Source of the DNA: Vulcanimicrobiota bacterium
GTDB taxonomy: Bacteria > Vulcanimicrobiota > Xenobia > Xenobiales > JADMJV01
Length of the DNA: 64,000 nucleotides
Reading direction: 5' to 3'
Assembly: GCA_050250895.1 (NCBI GenBank)
Contig: JBFWNU010000009.1
Span: 166,488-230,487 of the forward strand
Shown: positions 58,758 through 64,000 of the stretch, piece after piece
Layout of the letters: each line of letters begins with the position of its first letter
How positions within the stretch are numbered: position 1 is the first letter of the stretch
The notes under the pieces: generated by a model
What the model was told of the DNA's origin: nothing
Database searches by the model: none
The model's input: the letters and a program-made list of their open reading frames with translations, nothing else
Made by a program: the position numbers and the translations under genes

Positions 58758-60287
58758 ATGTCCATCAATATACAGACAAACAGATTAGCACGAAACGTGG
58801 TGGTGATGCCCACCAAAGCCCTGGATCGCGACCAGGCAAACCAGCAGCTCGAAGAAGCCCGCCCGATGATCGAGGATCTGGGTATCGAGATCACCCGCAG
58901 CCTCGCCTCGGCCGGCGCCGTGGCCGCCCGGGCTACCGAAGACCAGCAAGCGGCTCTCAAGAAGGCCGGCTTCCAGGTCATCAGCGACCAGAAGATTCGC
59001 CTGCTGCCCAAGGGCTGGCTCAAGAGCCCCAAAGCCCTCGAAGCCCTGGCAACCTTTGACTTTTTCGACCCCTTCGCTCCTTTCCGGCGCCCCGCGCCCC
59101 GGCCGGTCGAGCAGCCTCGCAGCGGCGAGGGCGCCAGCGACTATATCGGTGAACTGCCCACCAGCGGCAAAGGCATCGGCATCGCCATCATCGACTCGGG
59201 CGTAGAGGCTCATCCCGACTTCGGCGAGCGCTTCTTGGGCAACGTCAGCCCCATCCAGGCCAATCGTCCTTATAAGGTAGGCAAAGACCCGGTGGGGCAC
59301 GGCACCCACGTGGCCGGCGACGCGGCTGGCGATGGTCGCCTGTCGGGCGGTCGCTTTCGCGGACCGGCCCACGACGCCAACATCATCGGCATTCAGGTGC
59401 TCGACGAGAGCGAGTATCAGACCGACATGTCCCAGGCCCTCGAAGAGTTCACCTCGGGCATCGACTGGATGGTCAATAACCGCGAGAAATACAACATCAA
59501 GGTGGCCAACCTGTCCCTGAGCATGCCGTTGCTAGCCGAGGGCGGGGGTTTCTACGGCCCCGAACTGCTCTATGACCCCATCGGAGCGGCCATCAACCGG
59601 GCCGTCCAGGCCGGCATCACGGTGGTGGCCGCGGCCGGCAACTCGGGCCCCGACCAGGGGAGTATCGACGGCACCCCGGCCATCAATGACAACGTGATCA
59701 CGGTGGGTGCACTCGACACCAACGGCACGCCCCAGGACCGGCGCGACGACTCGGTGGCCGAGTTCTCGAGCCGCGGGCCCACTCCGGATGGCCGGCTCAA
59801 GCCTGATATTCTGGCTCCCGGCGTGAAAATCGTGGCCCCCAACGCGCCCGGCAGCGAGATCGATTCGCAGAACTCGCTGTTCGCCAAGGTGCGCGAGGCT
59901 GTGCCTCACATGAACGGCCGTCAATTGGCCGGGGTGGCCTACAAGATGGTTCAGGCCGGTGTGCTGCCCGAGGACGTCCTATATATGGACGTTCGTGACC
60001 TGCAAGACCTCTTCGCCTATGGCCTCGACGTGCAACCCACCGAGGGACAGTGGAAAGATGGAGCCGCCTATATCGGAATGGACGGCACTTCGATGGCTTC
60101 GCCGATCGTCACCGGTGTGGTGGCGGCCATGCTCGAAGCCAACCCTGACTTGACTCCGGCCCAGGTGAAGCAGATCCTGGTCGGCACCGCCGACCCGGTG
60201 GGCGGCGAGTCGCGGGTGGCTCAGGGCGCGGGAGCCATCAACGCTCGCAAGGCGGTGGAGGTGGCTCTGCGCAGCCGGGGAGCCTAG
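58758..60287 (+). CDS. S8 subtilisin-like serine protease
   Basis: IAIIDSG, GHGTHVAG, AAGNSG, KPDILAPG, GTSMASP. Confidence 0.95.
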   Translation: MSINIQTNRLARNVVVMPTKALDRDQANQQLEEARPMIEDLGIEITRSLASAGAVAARATEDQQAALKKAGFQVISDQKIRLLPKGWLKSPKALEALATFDFFDPFAPFRRPAPRPVEQPRSGEGASDYIGELPTSGKGIGIAIIDSGVEAHPDFGERFLGNVSPIQANRPYKVGKDPVGHGTHVAGDAAGDGRLSGGRFRGPAHDANIIGIQVLDESEYQTDMSQALEEFTSGIDWMVNNREKYNIKVANLSLSMPLLAEGGGFYGPELLYDPIGAAINRAVQAGITVVAAAGNSGPDQGSIDGTPAINDNVITVGALDTNGTPQDRRDDSVAEFSSRGPTPDGRLKPDILAPGVKIVAPNAPGSEIDSQNSLFAKVREAVPHMNGRQLAGVAYKMVQAGVLPEDVLYMDVRDLQDLFAYGLDVQPTEGQWKDGAAYIGMDGTSMASPIVTGVVAAMLEANPDLTPAQVKQILVGTADPVGGESRVAQGAGAINARKAVEVALRSRGA

Positions 60288-60329
60288 CCAGAAGGAGATT
60301 CCGCCCGCAAACACAAGGGTTGGGCCGTC

Positions 60330-60809
60330 ATGATAGGCAAGACCGAGAAGGGGGATCTGCTGCTGGGCCTGCTGGCGCTTTTGGTCGCCTCGGTTGCCCT
60401 CGGCGTGGGCAGCAACCATCTGGCGTCCGAGGACCGGTTGGCCCTCGGACGCCCCCTACCGGCCAAACGAAACTATGAGCTTTTTCCCGCGGTGGCCCTC
60501 GACTACAGCAAGAAAGAGACTTTTCTCTTTCTTGATGTGCGAGCTCGCCCCAACTATCTGCTCGGACACATCCCAGGAGCGATCAACGTGCCCGTCCACG
60601 AGCTTGGTCGAAAGTTCCCAGACCTTAAGCACCGTATCATGACCAGCGGCGTGGTCGTCTATTGCGACAATGCCCACTGCCCGAAGGCAGACCAGGCTCG
60701 GGCAGGACTGCGCCGGCTAGGGCGAGAGGGCACGATCTGGATTGTCCTGGGTGGTTTCGAGGCCTGGCAGAGGGCTGGGTATCCGATCGAGAGCGGAGAG
60801 CCGCGATGA
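60330..60809 (+). CDS. rhodanese-like domain protein with N-terminal TM
   Basis: LDVR...GHIPGAINVP, VVYC, GGFEAW..AGYP. Confidence 0.9.
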   Translation: MIGKTEKGDLLLGLLALLVASVALGVGSNHLASEDRLALGRPLPAKRNYELFPAVALDYSKKETFLFLDVRARPNYLLGHIPGAINVPVHELGRKFPDLKHRIMTSGVVVYCDNAHCPKADQARAGLRRLGREGTIWIVLGGFEAWQRAGYPIESGEPR

Positions 60810-61249
60810 AGCCTACGGCCATCACGGCGGTCAGAGCTGTTCTCGGTGGCCTTTTCGTTGCCAGCGGCTGGGAAAAGGTACACTACCCGTTTCTGTTCGC
60901 CAAGGCATTGGCCGACTACAGAATCCTGCCGGCGCGCTCCGTCACGCTGGTAGCGGTTACTTTGCCCTGGCTCGAGATTCTGGTGGGCTTGTGTTTGTTG
61001 ACGGGCTTTTTAATCCGAAGCGCGGCCGTGCTGGAAGTTGTGCTCAGCTCAGGATTCGCTTTCGCTGTTGGCTCGGCGGTAGTGCGAGGAAAAGTCGTTC
61101 CATGCGGCTGCTTCGTTTCGCTCGGCTGGGAAGTCAGCCCCCTCCATCTTGCGCTCGATCTAGTCCTGGTAGGCCTCGGCGTTCTAGCCTATCTGACCGC
61201 CGACCGTGGTCTGGGTATCGACGGCTGGACGCGCAAGGCGGACGAATAG
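60806..61249 (+). CDS. MauE/DoxX family membrane protein
   Basis: LGGLFVASG..K, LPWLEILVG, CGCF. Confidence 0.9.
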   Translation: MKPTAITAVRAVLGGLFVASGWEKVHYPFLFAKALADYRILPARSVTLVAVTLPWLEILVGLCLLTGFLIRSAAVLEVVLSSGFAFAVGSAVVRGKVVPCGCFVSLGWEVSPLHLALDLVLVGLGVLAYLTADRGLGIDGWTRKADE

Positions 61250-62155
61250 GTGCCTGCCTTCTTCTATAAAGGCTTTGGGCTCACGTTTTGCTCCGACCTG
61301 GAACTGCCGGAGCTACACCCGATAGAAGCGGTTGATTGCGATGTGGTCATCGAGCGCCAGCCCATCGAGGAGGAACTCGAACCGATCGACGGTCACAAGC
61401 TTCGCTACAAGGTCAGGAACGAAGAGATCTACCTGGGCCGTCCTAATCTGGGCCTCATTCGCATCGCAGGTGGGTCCATCCTGAACTATGACCCATCCCA
61501 GACCTGCTGCCGAAAACAGCTGCGAGCGGTCATCCTGGGCTCGGGGATTGCCGCCATCCTCTATCAGCGAGGGCAGCTCGCCCTCCACGCTAGCTGCGTG
61601 GTGGTCGACGGACAGGCCATTCTGCTGGCCGGCAACTCAGGAGTAGGCAAGTCCACCCTTGCGGCCGCCTTCCACCAGCGGGGCTATGCGGTCATCGCCG
61701 ATGACCTGCTGACCCTGCGGCCAGATGGTAACCGCCTTTTGGTAGAGCCTTCGGTGGTGCGGCTCAAGCTCTGGTCCGACAGCGCCAGAGCGCTCGGTAT
61801 CTCTACTTCCAGGCTCGAAGTCTTCAGCAACGGGCCGCGCCCCCGCTATCTCCTTCCCCTTCCGGCCACAGACCTCTCGTCAAAACCTGTGGCCGCGCTC
61901 GTGACTCTCGGACTTTCGGGTGACGGGAGTCTGGGGAGCGAGCGGGCCGAAGGGGCGCGCGTAGCTAATCTGCTGTACAGAATCACCTTCCGTCACGGGT
62001 TCTTGCGAACCCCACAGGTCCATCAAGAACACTTTCAAGCGGTGACCCAATGCGCCGAAAGATTGCGTTCCTATCTAGTCTGGAGACCTAATACCGGCTG
62101 GCCACCCGACCGATTGGTAGACTACATCCTGCACGTGATGGGCAAGGCTTCCTGA
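61250..62155 (+). CDS. HPr-kinase-like P-loop kinase
   Basis: LHASCV...GNSGVGKSTLAA...IADD, RLKLWSD. Confidence 0.88.
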   Translation: MPAFFYKGFGLTFCSDLELPELHPIEAVDCDVVIERQPIEEELEPIDGHKLRYKVRNEEIYLGRPNLGLIRIAGGSILNYDPSQTCCRKQLRAVILGSGIAAILYQRGQLALHASCVVVDGQAILLAGNSGVGKSTLAAAFHQRGYAVIADDLLTLRPDGNRLLVEPSVVRLKLWSDSARALGISTSRLEVFSNGPRPRYLLPLPATDLSSKPVAALVTLGLSGDGSLGSERAEGARVANLLYRITFRHGFLRTPQVHQEHFQAVTQCAERLRSYLVWRPNTGWPPDRLVDYILHVMGKAS

Positions 62156-62156
62156 C

Positions 62157-63953
62157 GTGATCTTCGCAGAGCTATGGCGACTGGTCTGGAGGGTCATCCC
62201 TCCGTCGGCCCGCCCCTATGCCGCGCTCTACCTGCCGGCCTCGCTGCTGTCCGGCTTGCTCGACCTGACCAGTGTGGCTATCTTCTTTCCGTTCCTGGTC
62301 GCCATCACCAATCGCCGCGCTCTCGAACACCACCGCTATTTCATCAAAATACAACAGGTGCTGGGGGTGAGTTCGAGCAAGGATTTGCTAGTCTTTCTCG
62401 GTGTGCTGATTCTGTTGTCCCTGGTGCTGCGCGAAGTCTACTCCGTCGTCCTCTCCTACTACACCGTCCGACTTAACGGGCAGATTCAGCACGCTCTGTC
62501 AGAGCGACTGCTGCAGGTCTACCTCACCCGCTCTTACCGCTTCTTTCTAACGCGCCACTCCAGCGACCTCAGCCAGAATGTTCTGGTTCGGGTCAACGGC
62601 TTTTTGACGGGAATCTTCCAGCCCATGCTGGCATTGGTCCAGTCGGTGGCGACATTTTTCGTTTTTTTGGCCGGCCTACTCTATCTTCAGCCGATCCTGG
62701 CCCTGATCAGCCTGGTCACCTTCGGCCTCATCCATCTGGCCATTCACCTTCGGCTCGAACCCTGGCTCACCGAGTTGGTCCGCCGGGTCAGAGACCTGAA
62801 CATGGCTCGCTACCGCACGGCCCAGGAGGTTATCCAGGGCATTCGAGAAGCCAAGCTACTGGGTTGCGAAGGCTTCTTTCTCGAATCTTTCGCCCGCTAC
62901 AACCAGGAAGTGCATACCTTGATGCTGCGGCGCACGCTGGTCAACCAATTGCCCCGCCTGGTCTCTCGAACGACCCTCATGCTATTGGTGGTGGCCGCCG
63001 CCCTCGGGTTGGTAGTGGCCGGACAAGAACAGCACCTCGTGCCGATCATGTTACTCTATGTGATGCTGCTGTTTCGCACGCTTCCGCGTATTCGCGGTCT
63101 TTTCGGCTCGTTTACGGGTCTTAAGACCGAAATGGCTCAACTGGAAGACATCGCCGCCGACCTGGGACTCGAGCGGCCCGATGATCGAGCCATCGCCGCC
63201 CCGGTTGAAGCGATGCCTTTTCACGGACGACTGGAACTGCGCGGTGTCGGACTGTCCTACGATCAAGCCCGCCGGGCCGCCCTGGCCGATGTCAATCTAA
63301 CTATCGAGGCTGGGCAGAAGGTAGCGGTCGTAGGCCGGACGGGAGCGGGGAAGACTACCCTTCTCGACATCCTGACCGGCCTGCTCGCTCCCTCTCAAGG
63401 TGAGGTATGGGTGGACGGAACGGTGCTGGCCGACGAACCCAAAGAGTGGCGGGCCAACATCGGCTATGTCTCTCAAGTGAACTACATCATCGACGCCCCA
63501 TTGGCCCACAACATCGCTTTTGGTGTCTCGGACGAAGCCATCGACCTCGACCGTGTTCGGCGCGCCTGTTGGTTGGCGGCCCTCGACGAGTTCGTCGAAA
63601 CCGAACTGCCCGAGGGATACAAAACCATAGTGGGTGACCGCGGGGTAGCCCTTAGCCAGGGTCAGCGCCAGCGCGTGGGAATCGCCCGGGCCCTCTACCG
63701 CGACCCCAGCGTGGTTGTGCTCGACGAGGCTACCAGCAACCTCGACCCCGTGACCGAACGCCTGGTGCTCGAACGGATCTCGGCGCTTGAGCCATCGCGA
63801 ACGGTCATCTTCGTCAGTCACCGCATCAAGACAGTGTTGCGGTTCGAGAGAATCTTCGTGGTGGTCGAAGGGCGACTGGTCGGTCAAGGCGACGAGGCTT
63901 CTCTAACACAGACCTGCCCCGAGTTCGTCGAACTGTTAGCCGGTTCGGACTGA
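62157..63953 (+). CDS. ABC exporter, fused permease + ATPase
   Basis: TM domain; GRTGAGKT, LSQGQRQR, VLDEATS, SHR. Confidence 0.95.
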   Translation: MIFAELWRLVWRVIPPSARPYAALYLPASLLSGLLDLTSVAIFFPFLVAITNRRALEHHRYFIKIQQVLGVSSSKDLLVFLGVLILLSLVLREVYSVVLSYYTVRLNGQIQHALSERLLQVYLTRSYRFFLTRHSSDLSQNVLVRVNGFLTGIFQPMLALVQSVATFFVFLAGLLYLQPILALISLVTFGLIHLAIHLRLEPWLTELVRRVRDLNMARYRTAQEVIQGIREAKLLGCEGFFLESFARYNQEVHTLMLRRTLVNQLPRLVSRTTLMLLVVAAALGLVVAGQEQHLVPIMLLYVMLLFRTLPRIRGLFGSFTGLKTEMAQLEDIAADLGLERPDDRAIAAPVEAMPFHGRLELRGVGLSYDQARRAALADVNLTIEAGQKVAVVGRTGAGKTTLLDILTGLLAPSQGEVWVDGTVLADEPKEWRANIGYVSQVNYIIDAPLAHNIAFGVSDEAIDLDRVRRACWLAALDEFVETELPEGYKTIVGDRGVALSQGQRQRVGIARALYRDPSVVVLDEATSNLDPVTERLVLERISALEPSRTVIFVSHRIKTVLRFERIFVVVEGRLVGQGDEASLTQTCPEFVELLAGSD

Positions 63954-64000
63954 AGGAATTTTCGAGCAGGTCTGGCAACTAGGTGGCCCGATGAGCTTTC

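Noticed and set aside
57461-59059. 532-aa plus-strand ORF and other long antisense ORFs (e.g. 6363-7388, 18108-19148, 38589-39656)
   Set aside because: They are shadows of well-supported genes, as expected in high-GC DNA.

Overview
GC-rich bacterial chromosomal window, mostly housekeeping and cell-envelope genes. In order it holds the end of a cbb3 oxidase operon with maturation genes (ccoO-Q-P, a small membrane ORF, ccoG-H-I-S and a DsbD_2-like gene), a TPR-MoxR-DUF58-transglutaminase cluster, a tat subunit, and rlmD-Hsp100-FHA-DUF1800. Then come a surface-glycan modification cluster (YfhO-like protein, three methyltransferases, a GT2::CapK-like fusion, an epimerase), rpmA-obgE, nth, ispH, two L,D-transpeptidases, manC-manB/gmd, Rpn remnants, an S8 protease and an HPrK-like kinase/ABC exporter pair. 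The most unusual features are intergenic. (A) An AAACCGC(A/C)GAG...GAGGCGCTGAGGGG repeat family brackets a GxxExxY nuclease-like gene as inverted repeats and also forms gene-less paired units elsewhere, much like a RAYT/REPIN system but with a different nuclease fold. (B) Large mosaic arrays of hairpin modules share a CGACGCG(C/A/CT)AGCGTCGA core and show compensatory changes; one array encloses a DUF433/PIN toxin-antitoxin pair. Other observations are a candidate FNR/CRP-driven sRNA, several apparently leaderless genes, and an L27 with a Prp-type N-terminal extension but no adjacent prp/rplU. All family assignments come from motif recognition by eye; no database searches were run.
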